From: Eledone cirrhosa
Taxonomy: Eukaryota
Direction of reading: 5' to 3'
Length of the DNA stretch: 64,000 nt
Assembly: GCA_964016885.1 (NCBI GenBank)
Contig: OZ024764.1
Coordinates: forward strand, 18,104,001 to 18,168,000
Numbering within the stretch: position 1 is the first letter of the stretch; each line of letters opens with the position of its first letter. This document shows positions 34,430 through 47,300 of the stretch, in pieces. The position numbers and the translations under genes were made by a program. The notes beneath the pieces are model-generated. The model had not been told where the DNA came from and did not search any database. It was given only the letters and a program-made list of their open reading frames with translations.

Positions 34430-35104
34430 ACAAAGATTTAAAACAATGGAAGAGTTCAGATTGGTGGAATTGTTGCAGCCAAAGTCTTTTCCCGCTTACA
34501 AAAGAAAATATGAAGTTGCAGACATAATAAGGGAGCTTTAACTAAATCAAGCTATGGTAGAACTAACTAAATTATTAAGCCTGATTCTGACCAGACCTGC
34601 CACGTGTGCTTCGTGTGAGAGATTATTTTCTTCATTAAAGCGAGTAAATAATGATATCTCTAAGTGAGAAAATTGGTCTTTGTTTCCCTGAATAAAGACC
34701 TTTTGAAGAAGATGAAGGCAAAGCGTGGTGCTGATACATTTTATAGTAAAGTAGTCAATGAATTTGCCAAAAAGAAACGAAGAATTAAATTGATTTATAA
34801 ATGAATTTTAAATATTTCATTATTTGAAGGTTTTATAATTTCCTCATCTCTTATGGAATCGATAATATGACAGGCTTGTCGCCAGGTTGTTACTAATGGG
34901 AAGACATCGTGTCTAGTGGAGAGGAGTATCAAGCATCAAGTGAGGTCTGTTGGTAGATGTGTATTTTATCACATTTACAAATGGAAGAGAGGACGACGAA
35001 TAATTTTGCGAAGGTGGGGCGGGGGTAAGGCTCCTCACCCTCCTCACTCTCTGCCATGGCGATTAGACTGGATGCACTGCTTTCCAAGTTACACATCGCC
35101 ACTG
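34430..35104 (+). mobile_element. Decayed hAT (ZMYM1-like) transposase 3' end with a candidate right TIR
   Basis: RFKTMEEFRLVELLQPKSF..., MVELTKLLSLILTRPATCASCERLFSSLKRV (hATC dimerisation motif), FYSKVVNEFAKKKRRIKLIYK* ending ~34803; CGCCACTG end at 35097-35104. Confidence 0.75.
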
Positions 35105-35204
35105 ATATATATATATATATATATCAGGCCCGTCCGACAGGGAGATCTCCCACCAACTTTGGGATGGGTGAGAGATGTCTTCTCTTGTGAAAATGGGGAT
35201 AACT

Positions 35205-36595
35205 TTCATTATCGGTAGAGGGTCAGACGCCATGCTTTGCAGCATAGAGTTACGGCCCTTTATGATCTGAGTTCAAATCCCGCCGAGGTTAACTTTGCCT
35301 TTCATCCTTACAGGGTCGATAAAATAAAGTACGGCACTACCATGCTCTTAGCTATCAGAAGTGAAAGTTTCGTCAACCTTCTCAATCGTAAACATCGTTT
35401 ATTTCCGTATTACTACGCGTTATTTTAATAAAGCATGACGGTGGATTGGCAGTATCGGTAGAGAGTCGGACACCATGTTTTGAAGCATAGAGTTACGTCC
35501 CTTTAGGATCTGAGTTCAAATTCCGCCGTGGCTAACTTTGCCTTTCATCCTTACGGGGTCGATAAAATAAAGTACCAGTAATGTACTGTGAATTGATGAC
35601 CTTGTGCCAAAAGTAGAAACAGTTATTTTAATAAAGCATATCGATGTAAGTGGTGTACTTAAATGAAAATATAGGTGGCCCTTAAAAGGGCCAAATTAGA
35701 AAACAAATTTAAGTTAAATAGAAAACAAGTCATGGTTATCAAATAAATTTGATTTAATCATTTATATTTTCATAGTCATGGTTATCAATTTCATGTATAA
35801 GGTTGGTGAACTCATACATAAAGTCTGATTACTGGTACTTTATTTTATCAACCTCAGTACTTTATTTTATCGACCTCCGTAAGGATGAAAGGCAAAGCTA
35901 ACCTCGGTCGGATTTAAACTCAGCATATAAAGGGCCGTAACTCTGCGTCGTAAAGTATGTCTGGCGCTCTACCGATTCTACTGTCAATCTACCGAATAAT
36001 ATTTTCTACTTTAGGCACAAGGCCAACAATTTTTCGGGGAGGGGAAAGTTGATTAAATCGACCCGAGTGCGTGACTGGTACTTTATTTTATCGACAAAAT
36101 TAACTTCTACGGGATTTTAAATCAGAATGTAAAGGGCCGTAACTCTAAGCTACAAAGTATGTTTCCGGCACTCTACCGATTCTACTCAATATTCAGAAAT
36201 AAGAAAACAGGAAATATTTATTCAGTAAAAAAAGTAATCATAATTGCTTCTACTTTTGGCACAAGGCCAGCAATTATCTCAGTGTATTACTGGTACTTTA
36301 TTTTATCGACCCCGTAAAGATTTAAAGACGAAATTAACCTCGGTCGGATTTGAACTCAGACCGTAAAAGGGCCGCAAAATCTGCTGTAAAGCATAGCGTC
36401 TAATAACGGTTTCTGATTTAGGCACAAGGCCAGCAATTTGGTGGGTGGAGGAGGGGAAAATCAATTAAATCGATCCTAGTACGTAACTGGTACTATATAT
36501 TAAGGATTAAAGATCAAAGCTAAACTCGGCAAGATTTGAACTCTGAAGATAAAGGGACGTAACTCATGTACGACGCTCTACTGATACTGCCACAG
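35205..36595. mobile_element. Cluster of about 6 MetaSINE-like SINE copies in both orientations
   Basis: Repeated GAGTTCAAATCCCGCCGAGGTTAACTTTGCCTTTCATCCTTAC..GGTCGATAAAATAAAGTACC and its reverse complement. Confidence 0.85.
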
Positions 36596-36604
36596 ATATT
36601 TAAA

Positions 36605-36749
36605 AGTCCGGAAGAAATATTCACCCGGGACAAACACCGGTTATGACGCATGCGTATTACTGTTCGGAATTTCCCAGATCAGAAAAAAAACAAAAAATTT
36701 TGATTCCACTTGAAAATCTTTCTATGTTTTATTCTCTAAATTGGTGAGT
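36605..36749 (+). promoter_or_regulatory. Candidate CYLD promoter / non-coding first exon
   Basis: CpG-containing unique segment with ETS CCGGAAG (36608), CRE-like TGACGCA and palindrome ACGCATGCGT (36644-36655), kappaB GGGAAATTCC on - strand (36666-36675), then donor TTG|GTGAGT at 36743/36744. Confidence 0.55.
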
Positions 36750-37169
36750 ATATATATATATACATCCATACGTGGGTGTATATAGGGGTGTTGGGTGTGT
36801 ATGTGTATATATAGTGATGGTGTATATATATTTTGAGTGTACTGTTGTCAACATTATAGTAACCCTGACAGAATTTCGTCTGCTGTTTCATTAATATACA
36901 CAAGTTATATATATATATATATATATATATGCGTGTGTATATATATATATATATATATATATGCGTGTGTATATATATATATATGCGTGTGTATATATAT
37001 ATATATATATGTATACACATATATATATATAGCGGCGATGAATTAGTTATTAATTCTGGCAATATTACACAAATATGACCCTCCCCATATATATATATAT
37101 ATATACACATATATATATATACATATGTGTTTGTGTGTTATGTATATATATATCTTGTCTGTTGCAGCC

Positions 37170-37225
<56 letters not shown>

Positions 37226-37315
37226 GGCTGCAACAGACAAGATATATATATACATAACACACAAACACATGTATATATATATATATATATGTGTGTATAT
37301 ATATATATATATATG

Positions 37316-37354
<39 letters not shown>

Positions 37355-37377
37355 GTGTATATATATATATATATGTG

Positions 37378-37417
<40 letters not shown>

Positions 37418-37477
37418 TGTGTATATATATATATATATGTGTATATATATATATATATATGTGTATATATATATATA

Positions 37478-37536
<59 letters not shown>

Positions 37537-37600
37537 GTGTACATATATATATATATGTGTATATATATATATATACAGACATATATATATATATACAGAC

Positions 37601-37631
<31 letters not shown>

Positions 37632-39014
37632 TATATATATATATATACACATATATATATATATATACATATGTGTTTGTGTGTGTGTATATGTATATAT
37701 ATATCTTGTCTGTTCCAGCCATGCTGTGCCACAGCCATATATATATATATATCATCATCATCATCATCAACGTTTAACGTCCGTATTCCACGCTTGCATG
37801 GGTTTGGACGGGGGTAGTCCCACTTGAGGCAAGAGTGATTGTCTTGCTCATATAAATCGTTTTTGAATTTGTTTTGTAAGATTTCTTATCTGAAAACGTG
37901 TGTTGAAACATTTATACTTTGGGAGGGTCATGTTACCAATAAAAACACACGCACCTGTTGCTTTTCACTTCAATTTATTATAAATTTCCAGTTGGTTGGT
38001 TTGTTCGATAACTGAGGTCACAGAATGTGTGACGAAAGTGCTTTGACAATATATAAACAACCAACGGGAAATTTATAATATATCGAAGTGAACATCAAGA
38101 AGTGCGTGTGTTTTTATTGGTAACATGACCCTCCCAAAGTATAACAGTATATGTGTGTGTGTGCGTGTGTATCTGATTCCCGGATAGGTATGTAGCAACA
38201 TTTAATATAGAAATGGCTTCTACAGGAATATATCGCACAAGAAACAGTATATTGTATATATACCTAATACATATGTGTATAGATATAAAATTGTATATAT
38301 ATATATGTATCTCTACCCGGTTTAAAATAAACTACGGAGGCTGGGGGCATCCGGTTGTAAAACATTGCCAACCCATGTCTAGTCTAGAAATTTCAACGTA
38401 AAAACGATGACTATGATGTATGTTGCTTTGCATCCTAGAGTTACGTCCCTTTACCTTCTGAGTTGAAATCCGGCCAAGGTTAACTTTGCCTTTCATCCTT
38501 ACAAGGTCGTTAAAATAAAGTACCAGTAACGCACTGGGGTCGATTTAATAGACTTTCTCCTCCCCCCAAATCTCTGGTCTTGTGCCTTTGGTAGAAATAA
38601 TTATTTTAACTGTTATTTCATCCTTACAGTGTCGATAAAATAAAATACCGATAACACTGCGATCAATTATCCTCGACCCCTAAATGGCTGGCCTTCTGCC
38701 TAAATCAGAAATCATTATTATTGACGTTGGCAGCTCGTCTGAAGAAGGAGTCCTGCAAGGTGGGGTGGCTGTTGTAGCGGGTGTAGCTGGCCATAGTCTG
38801 CAGAAATGCTTTTGTGGTCTTGTTCACAGGGCGCCGCACCATTACTGCCACACCCTAGGCCCAGAGCCCAACCGTCTTCCCCTCCCCATTCTTCTGTGAC
38901 CCCAGAACCCTTGCTTTTCACTTCCTTTTCCGTTTTTTATATATTTTATTTAACATTCCATTCTTCCCAATCTAAAATTTTTTTCCTCTCTTTTTCTATT
39001 AAATTGTTTTTAAT

Positions 39015-42000
39015 ATCTTCTTCGTCCACTTATTCCTGAGAGGGTCAGAGTCCGCAAACACTCCTCCCAGCGAGGTCCTGTCACAAGCAACCGTCTCCAA
39101 CTGATCTGGCTGGATCTCCCAAGCATGACCAACCAAGCTCATGTATGTTATCCAATCATATTGCTCAGGGTCTATCCCTGGGTCTATCCCTGGGTCTTTT
39201 GTCAGTTGGTTTTGCCTGTAAAATATGCCCAGAGATTCTTTCCTCAGACATTCTAACCACATGTCTGTAGTATCAGAGCTGTGATCCCTCAATTCAGAGA
39301 TTCTTTCCTCAGACATTCTAACCACATGTCTGTAGTATCAGAGCTGTGATCCCTCAATTCAGAGATTCTTTCCTGAGACATTCTAACCACATGTCTGTAG
39401 TATCAGAGCTGTGGTCTCTCAATTCAGAGATTCTTTCCTCAGACATTCTAACCATATGTCTGTAGTATCAGAGCTGTGGTCTCTCAATTCAGAGATTCTT
39501 TCCTCAGACATTCTAACCATATGTCTGTAGTATCAGAGCTGTGGTCTCTCAATTCAGAGATTCTTTCCTCAGACATTCTAACCACATGTCTGTAGTATCA
39601 GAGCTGTGATCTCTCAATTCAGAGATTCTTTCCTGAGACATTCTAACCACATGTCTGTAGTATCAGAGCTGTGCTCTCTCAATCCAGAGATTCTTTCCTC
39701 AGACATTCTAACCACATGTCTGTAGTATCAGAGCTGTGATCTCTCAATTCAGAGAGTCTTTCCTGAGACATTCTAACCACATGTCTGTAGTATCAGAGCT
39801 GTGATCTCTCAATCCAGAGATTCTTTCCTCAGACATACTAACCACATGTCTGTAGTATCAGAGCTGTGATCTCTCAATCCAGAGATTCTTTCCTGAGACA
39901 TTCTATCCACATGTCTGTAGTATCAGAGCTGTGGTCTCTCAATTCAGAGATTCTTTCCTCAGACATTCTAACCACATGTCTGTAGTATCAGAGCTGTGAT
40001 CTCTCAATTCAGAGATTCTTTCCTGAGACATTCTAACCACATGTCTGTAGTATCAGAGCTGTGGTCTCTCAATTCAGAGATTCTTTCCTCAGACATTCTA
40101 TCCACATGTCTAGTATCAGAGCTGTGATCTCCCAATCCAGAGATTCTTTCCTGAGACATTCTAACCACATGTCTGTAGTATCAGAGCTGTGATCTCTCAA
40201 TCCAGAGATTCTTTCCTGAGACATTCTAACCACATGTCTGTAGTATCAGAGCTGTGATCTCTCAATCCAGAGATTCTTTCCTGAGACATTCTAACCATAT
40301 GTCTGTAGTATCAGAGCTGTGACCTCTCAATTCGGAGATTCTTTCCTGAGACATTCTAACCACATGTCTGTAGTATCAGAGCTGTGATCTCTCAATCCAG
40401 AGATTCTTTCCTCAGACATTCTAACCACACGTCTGTAGTATCAGAGCTGTGATCTCTCAATCCAGAGATTCTTTCCTGAGACATTCTAACCACATGTCTG
40501 TAGTATCAGAGCTGTGATCTCTCAATCCAGAGATTCTTTCCTCAGACATTCTAACCACACGTCTGTAGTATCAGAGCTGTGATCTCTCAATCCAGAGATT
40601 CTTTCCTGAGACATTCTAACCATATGTCTGTAGTATCAGAGCTGTGGTCTCTCAATTCAGAGATTCTTTCCTCAGACATTCTAACCACATGTCTGTAGTA
40701 TCAGAGCTGTGATCTCTCAATTCAGAGATTCTTTCCTCAGACATTCTAACCACATGTCTGTAGTATCAGAGCTGTGGTCTCTCAATTCAGAGATTCTTTC
40801 CTCAGACATTCTATCCACATGTCTAGTATCAGAGCTGTGATCTCCCAATCCAGAGATTCTTTCCTGAGACATTCTAACCACATGTCTGTAGTATCAGAGC
40901 TGTGATCTCTCAATTCAGAGATTCTTTCCTCAGACATTCTAACCACATGTCTGTAGTATCAGAGCTGTGATCTCTCAATTCAGAGATTCTTTCCTCAGAC
41001 ATTCTAACCACATGTCTGTAGTATCAGAGCTGTGCTCTCTCAATCCAGAGATTCTTTCCTCAGACATTCTAACCACATGTCTGTAGTATCAGAGCTGTGA
41101 TCTCTCAATTCAGAGAGTCTTTCCTGAGACATTCTAACCACATGTCTGTAGTATCAGAGCTGTGATCTCTCAATCCAGAGATTCTTTCCTCAGACATACT
41201 AACCACATGTCTGTAGTATCAGAGCTGTGATCTCTCAATCCAGAGATTCTTTCCTGAGACATTCTATCCACATGTCTGTAGTATCAGAGCTGTGGTCTCT
41301 CAATTCAGAGATTCTTTCCTCAGACATTCTAACCACATGTCTGTAGTATCAGAGCTGTGATCTCTCAATTCAGAGATTCTTTCCTGAGACATTCTAACCA
41401 CATGTCTGTAGTATCAGAGCTGTGGTCTCTCAATTCAGAGATTCTTTCCTCAGACATTCTATCCACATGTCTAGTATCAGAGCTGTGATCTCCCAATCCA
41501 GAGATTCTTTCCTGAGACATTCTAACCACATGTCTGTAGTATCAGAGCTGTGATCTCTCAATCCAGAGATTCTTTCCTGAGACATTCTAACCATATGTCT
41601 GTAGTATCAGAGCTGTGACCTCTCAATTCGGAGATTCTTTCCTGAGACATTCTAACCACATGTCTGTAGTATCAGAGCTGTGATCTCTCAATCCAGAGAT
41701 TCTTTCCTCAGACATTCTAACCACACGTCTGTAGTATCAGAGCTGTGATCTCTCAATCCAGAGATTCTTTCCTGAGACATTCTAACCACATGTCTGTAGT
41801 ATCAGAGCTGTGATCTCTCAATCCAGAGATTCTTTCCTCAGACATTCTAACCACACGTCTGTAGTATCAGAGCTGTGATCTCTCAATCCAGAGATTCTTT
41901 CCTCAGACATTCTAACCATATGTCTGTAGTATCAGAGCTGTGGTCTCTCAATTCAGAGATTCTTTCCTCAGACATTCTAACCACATGTCTGTAGTATCAG

Positions 42001-42757
42001 AGCTGTGATCTCTCAATTCAGAGATTCTTTCCTCAGACATTCTAACCACATGTCTGTAGTATCAGAGCTGTGGTCTCTCAATTCAGAGATTCTTTCCTCA
42101 GACATTCTATCCACATGTCTAGTATCAGAGCTGTGATCTCCCAATCCAGAGATTCTTTCCTGAGACATTCTAACCACATGTCTGTAGTATCAGAGCTGTG
42201 ATCTCTCAATTCAGAGATTCTTTCCTCAGACATTCTAACCACATGTCTGTAGTATCAGAGCTGTGATCCCTCAATTCAAAGATTCTTTCCTCAGACATTC
42301 TAACCACATGTCTGTAGTATCAGAGCTGTGATCTCTCAATTCAGAGATTCTTTCCTCAGACATTCTAACCACATGTCTGTAGTATCAGAGCTGTGGTCTC
42401 TCAATCCAGAGATTCTTTCCTGTGACATTCTAATCACATGTCTGTAGTATCAGAGCTGTGATCTCTCAATCCAGAGATTCTTTCCTGAGACATTCTCACC
42501 ACACGTCTGTAGTATCAGAGCTGTGATCTCTCAATCCAGAGATTCTTTCCTGAGATATTCTAACCACATGTCTGTAGTATCAGAGCTGTGGTCTCTCAAT
42601 TCAGAGAAGTAGCAGCTCTATCTGGAGTGACTCTCATCTCCAAGCTATGCACTCTATCGTGTAACGTCACTCCAAAGACCGTTCGGAGGAATGCCATTTC
42701 GGCCACTTGTATTGACGATCGTATTCTTTTGGTCATACCCAAGATTCATGACCATAG
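39015..42757 (-). mobile_element. RTE-clade LINE 3' fragment, split by amplification of an internal 65-bp segment
   Basis: - strand reads (with frameshifts/stops) YGHESWV/MTKRIRSSIQVAEMAFLRTVFGVTLHDRVHSLE..SLQIELLLL-[IERSQL*YYRHVVRMSEERIS]n-..KRPRDRP..LDNIHELGWS..IQPDQLETVACDRT. Confidence 0.82.
39231..42607. repeat. 65-bp minisatellite, about 52 copies, with an internal ~1361-bp higher-order duplication
   Basis: AGAGATTCTTTCCTCAGACATTCTAACCACATGTCTGTAGTATCAGAGCTGTGATCTCTCAATTC; rare variants recur at 39671/41032, 39751/41112, 39831/41192. Confidence 0.97.
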
Positions 42758-42797
42758 AGGTGTAAATAAAGCTTTGTTATTTATATTTGCAGGAAAC

Positions 42798-43232
42798 ATG
42801 AGTATTTTGCCGAGGCCAGGAATGAAGTATTTTATTCTCCTCGACCAGGAAGTGGGGATGCAGAAGGCCACATTACCTCACTTATCACAGCAAATTGACG
42901 TCCTTCCCGGTGAATTACTGACTGGCCTCAATGACATGACTGTCGACTACACATATGTCCTCCAGAATCTCAACTATGAGAACCCTATTGAGCTGCGATG
43001 CAAGGCCAACTGTATAAACGTGTTGACTAACGAAGAGTTTCTCTTACTTTTACCAATTGCTGCATGTTCAGAGAGACTGAAAGTGTTTCGCAGTTGGTTG
43101 GATGAGGGCAAGTCCTTAAAAATAGGGGACTCTGTGACCATCTACCTTCAGAAACGTGAAGAGAATGGCAAGTTAAGGTTTAAAGGTCGCATCGAGGATC
43201 AACCAGGAACTTTATTTGGGGTTCAACTAAAT
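42798..43232 (+). CDS. CYLD: CYLD coding exon 1 (acceptor at 42792, ATG at 42798; start of CAP-Gly 1)
   Basis: [15 protein letters not shown]...IGDSV...GTLFGVQLN; gtaagt donor. Confidence 0.88.
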
Positions 43233-44338
43233 GTAAGTTGTAATGATTTTAGGGTGCTTGGGTTTGAATGTGTGATTGTGTGTATGTGTGATCGTGTGTG
43301 TCTGTGTGATTGTGTGTGTCTGTGTATGTGTGATTGTGTGTGCGTGTATCTGATTACTAAATTATGATGATGATGGTTTGGCAATGTTAATCTCATCCCA
43401 TGATGGTTAACGTGGTCCTTCTAAAACACTACAGTATCCTTCTTTATATATTTTAGACCGGGCATAATGAAAGAAACAGCAATCGCTATAATACTACTGA
43501 TCAACCTAACTCGGACATTATTGTACCCTTGAACAAGATACGTAAATATAAATTACCTCTGCAGATTGGGGACCGGGTTATATGGCTAAAAGATGAAGGG
43601 CCAGAAAGAGCCACTGTTAGATGGATAGGAAACCTGGATAACAAGACTGAAATTACCGTCGGAGTAGAATTTGTAAGTATTTTAAAATTTTATTTTTATG
43701 ATAAAAAAATATTAATTTCTTCTTAAAAGCCTTCCATCATAATTTTATATAAGAACCTTTGTTAAGTTATGTTCCAAACATCAACAGTGTCTTTCATTAG
43801 AAATATGGTAATGAAAGGGTTAAAGTGTTTATATTTATCTAAAAAAAAAAAAAACCTTTAAGTTAAGTTATGTTCCAAACACCAACTGTCTTTCATAAGA
43901 AATATTCTAAGAAAAGGTCTAACTTCTACAGGATAACCCATGTGGTACAGGGACCGGTCTCTACAACAGAGAAAGATTATTTAAAACTGCACCGGGTCAT
44001 GCCTCCCTCTTACCAATATATGGATTGATTAAGGAATCAGTGTTTCTTGGAATTGAGACACAAGAAGAGGATGAAGGTTGGTTGCTTATGTTGTTATCTG
44101 TCTGTCCCTCTCTATCCCTCTCTATCTACCTGTCTCGCTATCTATCTTTCTCTCTATTAAATTATCTACCCTTCTCTCTCTCTCTCTCTCTCTCTACCTA
44201 TGTGTCTGTCTAATTCCAGGCTCCTACGAATCATTTGAAATAGAGGAGAGACCAGCAGCCAACCTTCCAGTTAACTCCATTGACTCTGATGATGATGATG
44301 TCATAATTATGGACTCACCTAAGAAAGGTAACTTACAG

Positions 44339-44375
<37 letters not shown>

Positions 44376-47300
44376 CATCATCATCATCATCAACATCTAT
44401 CTTCCATGCTAGCAGGGGTTTATAAAAGGACGATTTGTTATGTCTTCATTACGTTTATTGATTGGTGACACTTGTTTTGCTATTGATCAGTTTAAGGTTC
44501 GATCTGACCTCTGCCACAGAGGCCAGACGAGCTTGTGATTCCAGAGTCGGGCCAGATCAATACAGATTGAACCTTGAGCTGATCAATAGCGAAATATGCG
44601 TCACCAATCAAACGTAATGAAGACATAACAAATCATCATCATCATTTTACATCCGCTTTTCCCTGCTTGCAAGGGTGGGATGGGTCCTATTCAGCACAGC
44701 ATCTCTCCACTTGTCACGGTCCTTCGTCATCTCCTCCGTGAGCTTCAGCGATCTGAGGTCTGTTCTCACCACCTCCGCCCATGTTTTTCGTGATCTTCCT
44801 CATGAACCTAAGCATCGAGTGCTCACCTGGGAGAACCTACAGTAACTCCACACTACACACCCTGGATATCACCCAGTACTCACTAAAGATGAGGTTGGTG
44901 TTAGGAAAGGTATCCAGCTGTAGAAACCAAGCCAAAATCAGTTTTGTACCAGCAAGACATGGTCACCTGATCTGGCGCTGCCCACAGCCACGACAGGACA
45001 ACTTGTCTAACCCATGCTAGCATGGAAGAATGGATGTGAAACGGGGATGATGATCCTTCATTACTTGTCTGAGTTCAAATCCAGCAGAGGTTAGCTTTGC
45101 CTTTCATCCTTGTGGCCTTGTGTATAAATGAGAAATTATTTCAAATACCAGTTATCTACTGGGGAGTGAGGTAGGATGGGTCTATTTGACTCTTCGTCTC
45201 CCTTGTCATATGTCATACTGCTGGCTTTGGGCCCTAAATTATAAGAAGGCCCTTTACATTCTGAATTCAAATCCCACCAAAGTTAGCTTCACCTTTCATC
45301 CTTATGAGGGTCGATAAAATAAAATACCAGTAATGAACTGGGGTCAATTTAATTGACTTTCCCCTCACCCAAATTGCTGGCCTTGTGCCTATACTAGAAA
45401 TCATTATTATTATTATTATTTCAGAGAAACCAGTTGGCGTATCGTCAGCATTTTCCAGGGTTCAGTCAATTTCTACAGCGACTGATGACCTGTCTGTTCC
45501 TATGGCAACTGTATCTCCCTACAACGAGAAGAGGGAGATCGACCCCACCCTGGAGGTAGGGTCGATGGTGGAGATCCCTTACAAAGATCAACTTATGTAC
45601 GGGGTCATTCGGTGGATTAGTGATGATGAGAAGTACGGAAAAATTGTAGGTCTGGAGATGGTAAGTTGTTCTGTCTGTCTGTCTGTCTGTCTGTCTCTGT
45701 CTCTGTCAGGCTGCCTATTTGTCCATCTGTCTGTCTGTCTGTCTGTCTATCTATTTATCTAACTGTCTATTTGTCTGTCAGTCTATTTATATATTTATCT
45801 GTCTGCTTATCTCTCTCTGTCACATCTGTTACATATTACATCTGTTACATCTGTAGGAAGAAGAGGCTCCCCACTGTGGCTTGGGTTACTACAATAAAGT
45901 GAAGCGTTTTGACTGCCCTCAACGCAAAGGTTTCTTCATTGCCCTCCACAAGTGTAAAAAAGATCAGCGATTTGATGAGAGGGAGAAGATACGGGAATCA
46001 ATGCGTAAGTATCAATTCCTTGCTGTCTCTCTCTCACACACACACACACACAATCTCTCTCTCTCTCTCTCACTCAATCTCTCTGTTTAACATCCAGTTT
46101 CCCAGGCCTCTGATCTTTGTGTCTCTATATTTACGGCAGGTTTCGGAGGTCAGTCAACACCGGACATCAAGGACATTATCAGTCCACCGTACAAGTTTGA
46201 ACCCGAGAAAATCTGTGGCAAGTATAAAGGGATCCAGGGCCACCACAACTCCTGTTACCTCGATGTAATGTTATTCAGTGTATTTTACTTTACATCTGTG
46301 TTAGACAGTATATTTTTCCGTCGAAAGACATCACAGGATATTAAGGAGTACGACACGGTGAGGAAGGTCCTGGCTGAAGGAATTGTCTACCCCTTGCGAA
46401 AGTGAGTAACGTACACCTCACTGTACTACACTACACCACACTACACCACACTACACTACACACCTCACTACTACACTACACTACACACCTCACCATACTG
46501 TACTAGACTACATTACACCACACCACACTACACTACACACCTCACTACTACACTACACTACACACCTCACCATACTGTACTAGACTACATTACACCACAC
46601 CACACTACACTACACACCTCACTACTACACACCTTACCACACTGTACTAGACTACACTACACTACACCACACTACACTACACTATACACCACACTACTAC
46701 ACTACACCACTCCACACTACTACACACCTCACCACACTGTACTAGACTACACTACACTACACCACACTACATCACACTACACCACACTGTACTACACAAC
46801 CACACTACACCGTACCACACCACCTCCCTGTAATGTCCCCTGTTTCCTATAATTCCTGTCCCTATTCTCACCAGGTTTAATTATGTCCGGGCAGACAAAG
46901 TGATGAAATTAAGGGCTCTACTGGATGAAGTTGGTAATATGCCCGGCATGATGGACGAAGAAAAAGGTAATAAAATATGACCCCTATATTTGTTGTGTTA
47001 TCATTGTAGGGGACAGAAATATGTTAATGAAAAAGTTAAAGTGTTTATATTTATCTAAAAACCTTCCATCATAATTATATGTAAGAACCTTTGTTAAGTT
47101 ATGTTCCAAATACCAAGTGTCTTTCATTAGAAATATGGTAACGAAAGGGTTAAAGTGTCTATAATTATTGAAGAACCTTTAAGTTATGTTCCAAACCAGA
47201 TTTTATCACTGTCTCTCTCTCTCTCTCAGACCCAGAGGAACTTTTAAACTGTCTGTTTGGTCATGTCATGAAGGCCGACCCTCTTTTACAGTTAAGGTAA

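Noticed and set aside
34430-35104. Intact or domesticated hAT transposase gene
   Set aside because: Only C-terminal fragments with stops and frameshifts; no matching left TIR found nearby.
38684-38921. GC-rich segment with short ORFs on both strands
   Set aside because: No recognisable motif or convincing splice pair; probably a TE fragment, left unassigned.
42588-42797. N-terminal extension of CYLD suggested by ORF 42588-43367
   Set aside because: Upstream part is antisense RTE LINE plus intron; an acceptor at 42792 precedes ATG 42798.
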